Of a stretch of DNA of 64,000 nt, positions 12,576-24,942 are shown one piece after another (position 1 is the stretch's first letter; every line of letters begins with the position of its first letter). The notes below the pieces were generated by a model that was not told the DNA's origin, did no database searches, and was given only the letters and a program-made list of their open reading frames with translations. This DNA comes from Tricharina praecox (Eukaryota), in NCBI RefSeq assembly GCF_024521635.1, contig NW_026250434.1, positions 124,001 to 188,000 on the forward strand, in the 5' to 3' direction. The position numbers and the translations under genes are program-made.

Positions 12576-13676
12576 TAGCGGACATTGAGCGCTGAAAACT
12601 CTGAAGTACCGGTATATGTGTGCTTTGCTTGACTCTTTCTTCTCCTTGTCCTTGTCCTTCGAGTCGGAGTTCTCCTTCCAGAGATGCTTTGACCGGCACT
12701 CGAACTTCTTGTGTCCCTTCTTGCCGCAGCCGAAGCACTTGATGGTCTTAGAGTCTTTATCCTGATCTCCCCCGGAAGCCTTGCCTGAGCTTCCGGCGGT
12801 CTCTCCGCCCTTCTTCTCGGCCATACCCTTCTTCGCAAAGAGGGCGGTCGACAACTCGGTGTTGGTATATGCAGATACTCTACACCGTGCCGGTCCCATG
12901 CATATGAACGCTCGAACATCTGGAGCTGATCTAGGATCTTCTGGCAGCTTCCGGCACTTTCACTTGAGTTGAGACTTGTTCGAAAAAGCAAGCCACACAT
13001 CACCCGTCGATCGGGAGTCCTTGGACCATGCATGTAGAACGCCAGAACCTTCTCTGGCAGCTCGGTGCCCACGTTGCGCAACTCTGTAGCTATCTCCAGA
13101 ATTCGAGAGTGTTAAGCAGCCGCGCTGTCGAAGTCGGCTCCACCTGCGGATGGCGTTCAGCTCGTAGAGACCAACGTTCGCGTCGATCTTGCCCACCCGG
13201 TAGTTGAAGTCCTTCTCGATGTCCGTCCAGAGAACGTCTGGTGCCGAGATGTACTTACTTTTTGTCTGCATACCGCCTTCGCATGTACAGAGGGGTCCAG
13301 GGAACGTCGAATCTCCGCTGTGGCCATGTCGACCTTGTCGTTGTACATACGTGTCGCGCTGGATGAGGTAGCGACGGAAATCGCTCATGTAGACGGAGCC
13401 TGTATGTAGATTCGGGCGTCTCCTCGCTGTCGATCTGTTCGGTGCCAGCATGCAGCGGGTTCGGTCTTTGTCTTTGAGTTTGGTGTAGGCTTCCGGGGTG
13501 GCTTCGTGGTGCCCTGAACGATCCCCCAAAGGGCGCGGGTGAGGAGCTCGTCCCTGATGTATTCCTCCCACTCGGGATAGTTATGTTCTTTCAACAAAAC
13601 CTGCTCCATTTTAGCGACCGTTCGTAAAATACCTACGGGGTAGTTGTTGACTTGATGAATACCCTAGCGAAGCAGA

Positions 13677-13692
13677 GGGCTCACATATAACC
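13677..13692 (-). other. Primer-binding-site-like motif of fungal copia elements
   Basis: GGTTATATGTGAGCCC, a variant of the GGTTATGAGCCC motif typical of fungal copia elements. Confidence 0.7.
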
Positions 13693-13894
13693 TGTTGATG
13701 CACGATCTGAAGGTGAGGTGCGCACGCGAGGGTTTGGGTGGGCGATACGATCAGAAGATGGTAAGAAGAAGAAGAAGAAGAAGATATAGTTGTTATGATT
13801 CTAGCTGAAGTTCTAGTTGTAAGTACTTGTAGTCGTCCCAGACGAACTAGAACCTTCCCTGTGAGCCGTGCATGAACCATCACTCGATCAAACA
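13693..13894 (-). repeat. 5' LTR of the copia element (202 bp)
   Basis: TG...CA ends with short inverted termini (TGTT/AACA), directly abutting the PBS-like motif. Confidence 0.75.
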
Positions 13895-14008
13895 CGCCGC
13901 TCCGACAACAAAGGCCCTACGGACCGCAACAGTATGTAGGTACGTAGAGTACGGTAGGTATACACTTCGAGCATCCGGCTATGTAGGCGTCTCGCGCTGA
14001 CACCCAAG

Positions 14009-14078
14009 CTTCTTCTTCTTCTTCTTCTTCTTCTTCTTCTTCTTCTTCTTCTTCTTCTTCTTCTTCTTCTTCTTCTTC
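14009..14078. repeat. (CTT)n microsatellite, about 23 units
   Basis: Directly visible. Confidence 0.98.
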
Positions 14079-14968
14079 CTCGCAGCATCCGTTTCTCTCG
14101 CGCAGGGTATGTAGTGGTACTGGTACTGTGGTCAGCTGGAAATCTTGGTATATACTTCGGGAGATCTGTTCCCCTCACTCCGCGATTGTTTACTCTACAG
14201 TACCAAAGTGCCGGTTATCGTGGTGGGGTCGGCAGCAGGGGAAAGTGGCGGTTGGGTGTTGGCGGTACATACCGGTAGGTACTGAGAGACGCTTGACGGG
14301 TATCATACGAGTAACTGATGAACTGATTCAATTGACCACCTAGAAAGCAAAGCAACAAGAAAGAATACAGGTCTATGAACTTTTTTAGAGGGTATCTGTA
14401 GTGGTTGATAATATCAGACGAACAGAAAAGCAGCAACAGAGAACATTTCAATGTTGAGCGACCACAATCGGGTGTGCCCGCCATCACACCTTGGCCCCAC
14501 CATACTGTACCCCAGCTCGCCCGCCGCTCCCCGCTCCCCGCAATACTGAGGCGCCTTTGCCCGCGAATGCCACAATACGGTACTGGTAGCTACGTCCTGA
14601 GAGAGAGAGAGCGAACATCAATTTACCGTCGCATACTTCCAAGTGAGTGCTTGGTCATACGTCCACTTCGGCGGCGGTGTTTACTAAAAACTGGTACATT
14701 ACGGTACTGGACCGTATTTGCGCGAGTGACAATCAATGACAATCCAATGCGATGCAGCTCGCTAGTCTGGACGCGTGCGCGATTCGAGTGGGGAAGGCGC
14801 CGGTGCCGAGTGGAGATGGCCGAGGGAGCCGAGGCTGTGGTGGCTAGTGTCGTTCGTAGTTATGGTTCTTCGGCCCATGACAGCACCAGCCGCGGAAGCC
14901 TCCGCTCGCCGGAAGAAAAGCGAACAAGAAGAAGAGTGGGTGAGGGAAGAGTGAGACCATACACGAGG

Positions 14969-15021
14969 AAGCACAAGCACAAGCACAAGCACAAGCACAA
15001 GCCCAAGCACAAGCACAAGCA
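14969..15021. repeat. (AAGCAC)n hexanucleotide repeat
   Basis: Directly visible, with one variant unit. Confidence 0.95.
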
Positions 15022-15895
15022 AGTATCTAAGCAAAACAAAACATCAACAACAACAACCCGACAAATCAGGAGCTGTGTTTTCCTGCCAGGTGCCTGCCAG
15101 CTCAGCTCTCTTCACATCCATCCATCCATCCATTGCCATCAGCCAGCCATCCACATATCCCCCTCCCCCCTCCCTCCCCCAGCCAACCTCCTCGCTCCCT
15201 CCACCATCCATCCTCTTCCTCCCCCGCCCCTTCCCACCCCGGCTATACGCACGACACACACGCACGCACTTGCCTGGCGTAGTTACATAGACTGCCTATT
15301 CGTACAAACCCGATCCTCGATCTTTTACTCGTCTGAACCTGAACTGATCCTGAACCCGAACCTGAACTTGAAAGCAAGCAGGAAGACCAAACGCCATCAG
15401 CCATCTCCTGGCTCCACTCCCCCCTTCCCCCTCCCCCCATCTCCCCCAACCAAATCCTCTTCTCCTCCTCCCTACCTTTCCCCGGCTCCGAATCAGATAT
15501 ATTTCCTATCAGCAGCAGATCAGCAGCTCGCGCGCACAGCCCAACCTCGCTCGCTCGCTCGCTCCGATCCTGCTCCTAGTCTGAGCCAAACCCGCCTATC
15601 CATAGTACCGACTGACCTCACCTTGCTCTCCACCACCTCCACCACCACTACCACCGATACCCCCCCAAAACCCCCATCGAACGAACGAAACAACCCAACC
15701 CCACGATCTGATCGCGCGTTCCATTATTGCTTGCTTCCATAACTTTTAGCACGATCCGTTCCCGTCTACCCTATCGCTAATCTCGTCCCAATTCCTTCCC
15801 ACTGTACGGCCTTCCGCCAAAAAAGAATATCCTCATCTTTAAATCCATTTGGCGCCCAGTAATCCCATTAGCCTAGGTAAGTCCTCACTCGTATT

Positions 15896-15954
15896 CTGCT
15901 CTGCTCTGCTCTGCTCTGCTCTGCTCTGCTCTGCTCTGCTCTGCTCTGCTCTGC
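15896..15954. repeat. (CTCTG)n pentanucleotide repeat
   Basis: Directly visible. Confidence 0.95.
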
Positions 15955-16279
15955 GTGTTGTGGTGGCGGCCCAATTCGTTTCGTTCGTTCGGTTCGGCAC
16001 CTGCCCTTTCCATTGCCCGAGGTCGTCCACCACCCACATCGGCCCAGCTTACCTACTACACATACCACACACCTCCCACATACCTTACCCCTGAGCGCCA
16101 GGCGCCTGTAAACAAACACCACACACCAGCCTCTTTCCTCCCCACTTACATCGCTCGTTGCTGGCGTTTGCAAGTACCACATCGACTCCGATCGCTGACT
16201 TCCGACACCGACAACTCGACACAGATAACCTACACGCCACTACCACCACCACTAACCTCGCAACCTACGCGTCGCAATC

Positions 16280-17177
16280 ATGAGCAGCGAAACTAGGGAG
16301 ATCATCAGGCGGGAGACGAAGAACATCGTCTCCTCTGGTGGGGGGCGCGGTGGAATACGATCGCCATCCTACATCAATGTGAGTTGTCGCGCGAGAGCTT
16401 GTCGCGCTTTCCACGAGCGTCTGCTAACGATGCGATAATGTGCTAGGTCTATCTACGTGAGCTGCAGGACAATCCTCTGTAACCATACCCGATGTCGAAG
16501 ATGAAGAAGAAGGTGCCCGACTAACTATCTCGCGATGCAGGCGGACCAAAATGCTCACGTCCGGCGCCCTTTCGGCTCTACAAGAAGTCCTCGCCTCGTT
16601 CATCGCCGGCGACCGCAACCGCCACGGCTCCTACTTCACGCCGCGCGTCCCGAAGATGGCCGTCTACGGCTCGCTGATCTCAGCGCCGCTGGGTCACATC
16701 CTGATCACTGCGCTCCAGAAGGCGTTCGCGGGCAAAACCTCGACCAAGGCCAAGATCATGCAGATATTGGTTTCCAACCTCGTGGTGTCGCCGATCCAGA
16801 ACACGGTCTACCTCGCATGCATGGCGGTGATCGCTGGAGCGCGTAGCCTCCACCAGATCCAGGCGACAGTCAGCGCCGGGTTCCTGCCCGTCATGCGCGT
16901 CGCCTGGTGCACCAGCCCGATCGCGCTCATCGTGGCGCAGAAGTTCCTGCCGCCTCATGCCTGGGTGCCCTTCTTCAACCTGGTTGCATTCGTGATTGGC
17001 ACGTACATCAACGCCACCACGAAGAAGAAGAGGATCGCAGCCATGAAGAAGAAGAAGGTGCGTGCGGGTGCCGAGGCGACCACCACTGCCCGCGTCGGGC
17101 ATCAGAGGGTCGATATTGACAGCAAGCAGTATTTCGACAAGAAGGACGATAGAGACTACTATGTCCGGAAGGACTAG
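16280..17177 (+). CDS. Mpv17/PMP22-family peroxisomal membrane protein; introns approx. 16379-16447, 16480-16540, 17058-17129
   Basis: Spliced YLRELQDNPLRTKMLTSG, YGSLISAPLGH, SNLVVSPIQN and WVPFFNLVAFVIGTYIN. Confidence 0.88.
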
Positions 17178-17796
17178 ATGCTTCCTGCCGAGATACAGAC
17201 TGACACCGATAATACAACATCTGTCTTGGCAACTTCGTCCTCTCACGCCATTTCTCTTTCTGATACCACCCCTAGGCGCGCGGGGGGAGGGGAGAGACTG
17301 TGCTGTGCTGTATGTTTTGGCTGTTAGTTTTGTTCTGTTGACTGGCTGGAGATGCTGCTTGCTGCTTGCTATATTACTTTGTTTTCCGTGTTGTCGTTTG
17401 TTTCTTTCCCATGTATGTCGGTGAATGGTTGTGTTTTTTCTTTATTGATTTGGCGGTGATATGCTTCAGATAAGGGTTGTTTGATTGTTTCGTTTGGACA
17501 GTTCGGTGGAGTAGGATGGAGAGGGCGGGAGTATAGGGTGGTTTACCGTTTACCCAGTGGTATGGATATCTGCGCCGGATGGGTGGAACTGATGGGAGGG
17601 AACGGAGGGAACGCAAGGGAGGAAACGAAGAAGTGTACGAGAGAAGAAATACGAAGAACCTGACGAATCTTATTTCTTTTCGCAAACCCGAAAAACACTT
17701 TTATCATGGCCATATAGAGTAACTCCAGAACGCCTCTCCCTCCTTCCCTCTTTCTCTCTGTCATAGATAGTATCCGTCGTCTCCTCCACCACCACA

Positions 17797-18318
17797 TCAC
17801 AGCACAACCGCAACCGCCTCCCCCCGTCCGTCCGTCTTCTTAACATTCTCAATCGGCGTATGCACAGTCGCCAGCGCAAGCGCCTCCTCAAGATCATCCT
17901 GCATCTTCTCGTTGAGTACCTCCCAGTTCCCCTGTCTTCCATCAGTGCCCATTCCCCACCCCCCTCCGCCCCTCCCCCCCACCCCCCGCCTGGATAGAGA
18001 ACATACCCGCCTCCCCTGTACAACCCTAGCTTTAACAAAACTCTCCTCCCTCTTCGCGGCGAGCTTTTCTGTCGCTGCCTCGGCGCGCTCGAGGGCCTTC
18101 GCCTTGCGCTCGCGCTGGTGCCGCGTCAGCGGCTTCGACTTGGATTTCTTCACGCCGTTGTCGACGGTCGTCGTCCCGGAGCGCAGTTGCAGGGCGGCAA
18201 CTTTTTGGAGCGGTGGGGGCGAGGACGGGCGGGTTATGGTGGTGGAAAGGTCCAGGGGCGGGGTGGCGGCGCGCTTGAGGGCGCGTGTGCGCGGGGCGGT
18301 GGGGCGGGATTTAGCCAT
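17797..18318 (-). CDS. ALB1: Ribosome biogenesis factor Alb1-like; in-frame intron 17932-18006
   Basis: Small basic protein: RALKRAATPPLD...QRERKAKALERAEA..EKLAAK...RVVQGRR|GNWEVLN. Confidence 0.75.
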   Translation of the reverse strand: MAKSRPTAPRTRALKRAATPPLDLSTTITRPSSPPPLQKVAALQLRSGTTTVDNGVKKSKSKPLTRHQRERKAKALERAEAATEKLAAKREESFVKARVVQGRRVCSLSRRGVGGRGGGGWGMGTDGRQGNWEVLNEKMQDDLEEALALATVHTPIENVKKTDGRGEAVAVVL

Positions 18319-19009
18319 TCTGTTGTTCTGTTGGTGAGGGGGGTGAGGGGGGGGGGGGGTGGTTATGGGGGGGGTGGTTTGGGGGAGAAGGGTTGGTGGT
18401 GGTGGTGATTTTGGGGAGAAGAGTTGGTGGTGGGGTGGAAAAATGTGGTGAGGTTTGGTGGTTCGGTTAGTTAGCGGTGGATTGGATTGGGTTTCGCGGT
18501 TGGTCATAGGGGAGCACTCGGCTCTTGATACTTTTCTGGGGATTCTGGGGATTGGAAACTTGGAAACTTGGAAACTTGAGGCTGATGGGGAGTCTCCTAC
18601 TGTTTGCCTCCTGGGCTTGGAAATCGGTAGCCGTTGGGAGTCTGGGAGTTTGGGACTGGGGACTTGTGCGCACTGCGTTCGAGGCTGTTGCTGTTGCTAA
18701 ATTGTGCCTGGAGTCACTCGGACTCGGACCTGGATCTGCGCTGCGCTGGGCTGCTGGCCGGATGCGGTCCTGGCCTTAACCACCCCCGGGCCCAACTTCT
18801 AAGCTCGAACCTATACCTGAATTACACCTGCCTGTCTGTACCTGCACTTTGTACCTGACTTGACCGGACAGGACTGCGGTCTCGGTTTTTTTTTGCAACT
18901 CGTTGGAAGCTTCTGTCACCGCAGCAACGGGTACCTACCACCATCACCATCACCGCCACCACCACCCACCGTCCTCCTCCTGACGAGTTACAATTTACAA
19001 CATCTCACG

Positions 19010-19534
19010 ATGCCCCCCCCTTCGCCACCTCCCGCACAGAAGAGCCCCCCCTCCTCCTCCCAACCTTCCTCCCCCTCTTCCTCCCCCATCACCACCACCA
19101 CCACCTCCTCCTCCTCCTCCTCCTCATCCTCCTCCTCGTCCTCCTGGGACCTAGACCTCACGCTTACCCTGGCGCACGACATCATCATCGCGAATCTGTA
19201 CACAGCTCCCGCTCCCACCAGCACACCCACACCCCACACCACCTCCACGACCTCACCCACGGCGCCAATCAACCGCATCATGTGCACGCACTCGAGCGTG
19301 CGGCGAGCGTACCATTCACGCGATCCACGAACCACCCATGCAGGAGCCACCTGTGCAGGAGCCACCCGTGCAAGAGCCACCATGAGTGCAGGAGCCACCA
19401 GTGGGGACTGCGCACACTGCAACCGCGCGCACTGGTTCGGCTGGGTGTATGTATGCGACACCTGCGGGTACCGTGCCTGCCATAATTGTCGTCCCAGGCT
19501 GGGCGAGAGGTGTTGGGTGAGTTTTGGGGTATGA
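19010..19534 (+). CDS. Small hypothetical protein: S/P/T-rich N-terminus with a Cys/His-rich putative zinc-binding C-terminus
   Basis: CTH..RRAY, CAHC...GWVYVCDTC...CHNCRP..ERCW. The ATG lies in a typical context after a C-rich leader. Confidence 0.55.
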   Translation: MPPPSPPPAQKSPPSSSQPSSPSSSPITTTTTSSSSSSSSSSSSSWDLDLTLTLAHDIIIANLYTAPAPTSTPTPHTTSTTSPTAPINRIMCTHSSVRRAYHSRDPRTTHAGATCAGATRARATMSAGATSGDCAHCNRAHWFGWVYVCDTCGYRACHNCRPRLGERCWVSFGV

Positions 19535-20390
19535 ATTGGGTTTGGGGATGTGGCGGAGGGGAAATGGCGAGTGAGAGAGGGTGGTTGTGGCGTCACTGGC
19601 GTCACTGGCGTGGCGTGGCTACTCTACTCGGGGCGTTTTTGACACTGCTAGGTACTAACTGGCGGGTTTGCACGGGTGTTGCACTGTTGCGGGGTTTCGA
19701 TACCTATTGTTATCTGAGGTGGATGAGTACCGAGTCATTATTGTATTGTATTGCTGATCGCTGAGAGTGAGTACCGGTCCGGTTTTAGAGTAGAATAGAG
19801 GTGGCGGACCGAGACGTTGTTGATACTCTAGGGCCGTCGAGGTTAATGGACAGTTTGATCGTCCTTTTTCTGACGAACGGACGGACCTCTTTCTTCAGCG
19901 CTCCAACGTCATCCGACCCTGCAGCAGCAGCACAGCCGGTGTGCGTTGAAGTCCAAAAGCCAGCCAGCCAAAGCGTCATTCCTCGCTAATCTGACGTTTG
20001 GCCATAATTCCATACATAAGCGCTCGAGGAGAATATAAATTTGAAGGAGAGTGCCGGAGGAGGGGACGGAAGTCTATTTGTAAGACCGGACTGCGGTCGG
20101 CAAGAAAAGAAAAGAAAAAGACCTTGGCAGGCCGCCAAGCATCACCAGATTTTCTACTCCACGCAGCCTGCATCCCTACCCGCACAAACTCTACTACTCC
20201 TCCTTCTCTAAACCCCTCACCCACCACCCACCCGATTACCACCCACCACCCACAAACGAAACAACAGCCTACAAAACACATCGTTTCTTTCCAGTCGCCC
20301 GTGAAACAAAATCACCGACGATATAAAACAGCAGGAACAGCGCTCCTCGATCGATCGTCTAGCCCCGCGCGCTCTCAGCGACCCGACACC

Positions 20391-23202
20391 ATGGCGTCCC
20401 AATACGCTCCTCGCCACCAGTCTCGGTCAAGCACTCCCTCCTCCGTCGCCGCGAGCAGAGTCGACTCCGGATATGGCGGCTCCCTGAGCTCCGTCTCCGA
20501 CGGCGAGATGACGATCCTCGATCCGTCGCTGCACAGATGTAGGCTCTTTTTCCATTCCGGGTGGCGTGTGAGCGGTGCGGGGCGGGGCACCGGACTGACG
20601 GACTGATGGACGGACGGACTGACTGTGCGTGTGCCTTCAGCCGAACATGAACGGAGACAATGGGCAAGCCATGTCAACCAACTTACATAGTACGTGTTTT
20701 GTTTGATGACCGCCGCCTCCGCGTGCTTGTGCTTACCGATGTCAAAAGCAACCAGAACCGTCTTGCGCTGGGGAGGTCTGTTAACCGGGCCGTCGACACG
20801 TTGAAGGTTTGTGTTACACATTTTCTTGTCTTTGTCTTGTCGCGACTTTTTTTCTTCCTTCCGGGTATCCTCGGCGCGGAGACTGATGTCCGGTGTGTGA
20901 CTGCCTATAGGACTTCCAACGTCAGAACACGAAATGGCCCGCGCATTACCCCTCCGTCGAGAGACCGGAACAGAAACACGGCGGCCTTGTGCGCTCCCAG
21001 ACGCAGAACTTCGTCGACGATTTCAACAATGAGGCCGGCCCCTCTTCGCGCCCGCAGATGCAGCGACGAGCCGCCACCAGTATCGACGGTTCCATGGAGC
21101 CGCAGGCGAAGGCGAACACACCCGAGCCGCGACTGGTCACACCGAAGATCGCCGAGGAGTTCAACGTGCTGAAGCTGGATCTGAAACTGGGGTCCGCGTC
21201 GCCGTCGGAGCTTGTGCACTCGCTTGAGAAATCGGCTATTGCGTCGTTGCTGGACGGGAAGATCTCGCAGAGCATCAAGCATCTGCTCGCGCTCAGGGAA
21301 CGTATCGAGGATACGTCATCGAAGGTGCTGATCACCGGTGATGTCAACGCGGGAAAGTCGACGTTCTGTAATGCCCTCATGCGAAGGAGAGTACTGCCCG
21401 AGGACCAACAGCCGTGTACCAGCGCTTTCTGTGAAGTGCTGGACGCAAGAGATAATGGCGATGTCGAGGAGGTTCATGCTATCAAGGAGGGCTTCAAGTA
21501 TAATCGCCACGATGAAAGTACATATGATGTCTTCCCACTGGAGGAACTCGAGGATATCGTGGTCGACAACGACGATTACAGCCAGGTCAAGATCTACGTG
21601 GACGACGTACGGCCGATCGAACAGAGCTTCCTGCGAAACGGCGTTGTCGACATCTCCCTCATTGACGCCCCCGGTCTCAACACGGATTCGATGAAGACTA
21701 CGGCTGTGTTTGCGCGACAGGAGGAGATCGATGTCGTCGTCTACGTCGTTGCGGCGGAGAATCACTTCACCCTCTCGGCGAAGGAGTTCATCTGGAATGC
21801 GGCAAACGAGAAGGCGTACATCTTCATCGTTGTTAATAGGTTCGACAATATCCGCAACAAGGGCAAGGATAAGTGCCAGAAGGCGATTCTCGAGCAGGTT
21901 GCCGCCATGTCGCCACAGACGTACAAGGACGCACAGGAGCTCGTTCACTTCGTCTCTTCGAATGCTGTCATCGATGGCACCGACGCGGACAAGGTCAAGG
22001 ACTTTGAGGCCCTCGAGGAGGCGCTCCGCAGCTTCGTCCTCGAGAAGCGCGCCAGGAGCAAGTTGGCGCCGGCAAAGACGTACCTGCTGAACTTGCTCAG
22101 CGATATCGAGACGCTCGCTTTCGTCAACAAGGAGATGGCGGCCGCGGAATTGGAGAAGATCCGCCAGGAGTTGGATCAGATCTCGCCTGCTTACGAGAAA
22201 TTGGTCAAGTCGCGACAGGAGGTGTCTGACGATTGCGACAAGACTACCGAAGACGTCACGTCGGATGTGTACACCTACTCGAGGAATTTGGTGTCCGGAA
22301 CGATATCCACTCTGGATGACAAGCCTGTGGTTACCTACTCCGGCCTCCTCAATGCCTTTGGCTATGCCGAGGCTACGAAGCAGGCTATGCTACAGCTAGT
22401 TCAGACTTCCGTCACGCAATCCGAGACGTACGCCAAGACGAAGACCGCTGCGAGCGTGTCTTCGATTGCGTCCCTCGGAGCCCTCCATCTCGGCGGCGAA
22501 TACATCCACCGCGCCTTCCGTCCCGAATTCATGTTCTCCCGCAAGCGCGACCAGCTCAACAAGCAGGTCAAGGTTGAGCTCGACTACTCGGACTTCTTCG
22601 ATATTGAATTCGCCACGCAGGAGAAGCAGATTGCCGGCGCGGGAATGTCGTTGACGCTCGCCACCGTTGCCACTTCGCAGGTCATGGGCATCAGCAGCTG
22701 GGCTGATGGACTCTGGAAGGCCGGGAACATGCTGGGCTTCCGGAACGCGAAGAAGCTTATAGTTCCCGCTGTCGTGCTGGCCACTATCGGTACTGGCTAC
22801 TACCTCCTCTCGGATCTCCCCAATGCCGTGCCGCGGAAACTGGCGAAGAAGATCCGCAAGCAGCTGGCGGACATGGACTACGTCCACGTCAACGCCGAGC
22901 GCATCGCGAACCAGTGCCGCAAGGTGCTCAAGTTCCCGACCGAAGATCTCCGCAGCGGGTTCCAGCGCGGAATCGAGAAGCAGGGCAAGGCAGTCCAAGA
23001 ACGCAAGGAAAAGCAGAAGGATAGCGAGGTCGCCGACAAGTACTTTGGCAACCTCCTGCGAAACGCGAAGCAGCAGAGGGCCGCCGTTAGCACGTTAGAT
23101 CTCGAGCCGCATACGGTCCTCGATAACTCGCTAGAAGAACAGCAACAAACCGAGACCCAGCAGACACAACTGGAGTCGGAGAACCCGTTCGCTGAAAATT
23201 AG
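20391..23202 (+). CDS. FZO1: Mitofusin (transmembrane dynamin-like GTPase) Fzo1; three 5' introns
   Basis: VLITGDVNAGKSTFCNALMRR, DQQPCT, LIDAPGLN and VVNRFD motifs, two C-terminal TM-like segments, and WPAHYP in the upstream exons. Confidence 0.95.
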
Positions 23203-23581
23203 ATGTTTTTTTCTTCTTTCTTCTTTCTTCTTTCTGAGATTCTCTTAATGATTGTTTTACTATTACTACTACTGCTGCTACTGCTACTGCTACTGCTACC
23301 ACTCATGCGTGCTTCTTTTGTGTGTTCGTTCCGTCGCGTCTTGCATGCATGGTTTGGGTCTGGGGAATATTTTTGCTGTTCATACATAAAATTGTTGCTT
23401 TGAGTTTGGGGGGTCGTTTCGGGGTTATATCTTTGATTTTTTATTTCATTTTTCTCTTCTCTTTTCTTTGATGGCGGTGGATGGCGGTGGATGGATGGCG
23501 GTGGATGGATGAAAGGGGATGGGGATGATAGGGATGGGGATGAAAGCAAAGTTTAAGTCTGGAGTCTGGACTGTCCATCCA

Positions 23582-23588
<7 letters not shown>

Positions 23589-23670
<82 letters not shown>
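23589..23670. repeat. (CT)n microsatellite, about 40 units
   Basis: Directly visible. Confidence 0.98.
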
Positions 23671-23673
<3 letters not shown>

Positions 23674-23784
23674 TCCTGTGTATACAGTCGCTTATTTCTC
23701 TCGTTGTCTCGTTGTCTCTTCCCTTTTGGTTTGGTTGTTTCGTATCAGGTTTAAAAGATCTCTTCTCTCTTTCTTTTTTCTTTA

Positions 23785-24399
23785 GGCCCGGTTTGGTTCG
23801 CAGCTGCAGTTTAGAAATCCGCAGTTTAACGAGTTGAAGGTTGGCCAAGCTGCAGTTTCAAACCCTCAATTCCCCTGATGACCGTTCGGCAACCCAGATA
23901 TGTATTCGACAGCACGCCACACTTGTACTTTTTATTTTTTGACTTCGGGGCTACGTCAGAAAACCATAACTAGCTTTATACAGCGACGAGGTGGCCCTTC
24001 CGGTCACTTAGGGAATGCCCCCTCCCATCTCACAACGGCGGCTCCTCCTCTGCGCCGTAGTTACCAGCAAGTGACTCCTCCTATTCACAGTCACAACGGA
24101 GGAACCGTAGAACGTGGCCGGTGTTGGACGTCGTAGGCGTAATGAAGAGGGACGATGGTGAGGTCGACTACGGTGGGGTTGACTACGGGGGCGATACTGG
24201 CATGTACTACTGGTGGTTGTCCATATGTAAAGTTTATTTGTACTTACTGTGGCTCAGTCGACAATATCTGCAGTTTCTCGAGTTGTCAACTTGGGGTGGT
24301 GTGCCAAACAGGCACTCATTCGGGGAAGTTGACGGTTCGAAACTGCAGCCTACTTTTGGTGTGGTAGATTCAAACTGCAGCTGCGAACCAAACTGGGCC
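23785..24399. mobile_element. PIF/Harbinger (Tourist-like) MITE, 615 bp
   Basis: 28-bp TIRs GGCCC(G/A)GTTTGGTTCGCAGCTGCAGTTT (27/28 identical), a perfect TTA TSD at 23782-84 and 24400-02, a second subterminal inverted block (GCTGCAGTTTC..ACC.TCAA.TTCCCC), and no coding capacity. Confidence 0.9.
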
Positions 24400-24942
24400 T
24401 TACTCCTATGCGATGTGCGATGTGCGATATCTAGTACATAGATACAAAAATTTCTGTGTGTGTGTGGGTGTGCAGATTTTCTTTGTATAAATTTTTATCT
24501 ATGGCCTGAGGCGCCTGACGGATTGGATTGAAGGGGATTGAAGGCAGCGCAGTGTGAAGCGCAGTGTCGTCCCAGCCATTTGTATTTCCGTGGACTGGCT
24601 GTGGGGGCCGCGTCCGTGTCCGTGTGCTGTGCGTGTGCTGTGCGCTCTGGCCTCCTCCTGGGCTGGACTGAAGGAGTCGCGGAGTTTAAATGTGATGATG
24701 TTCCACCGGATGGGATAACGGGACTGGAGTAAAGGAAAGCAGAAGAGATGATGTTGAAATCCCGGGGCCTGCCGCCCTTCGCGCTTTATCGCGACGTGCC
24801 GTCGCCCACCATTACGACATCATCGCCGCCGCCACCATCCCCCCTGGCCTCGCAGTCGTTCCCGTTCCCGATGTCTTCGCTGTTTTGTACCCACGACAAC
24901 AACCACAGCAGCAACAACCATCACAACCACAAACGCGAGAAC

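Larger units (their letters stand above)
12576..13894 (-). mobile_element. Ty1/copia LTR retrotransposon remnant: 5' LTR, PBS and frameshifted gag; pol and 3' LTR absent
   Basis: On the minus strand: LTR TGTTTGA...TCAACA (13894-13693), immediately followed by GGTTATATGTGAGCCC, then gag starting MEQVLLKEHNYPEW...LWGIVQG at 13609, and a CCHC knuckle CFGCGKKGHKKFEC at 12737-12696. Confidence 0.85.

Noticed and set aside
14405..15742. 445-aa ORF
   Set aside because: Built from microsatellites and a C-rich leader, with an alternative start codon and no domain-like sequence; probably non-coding.
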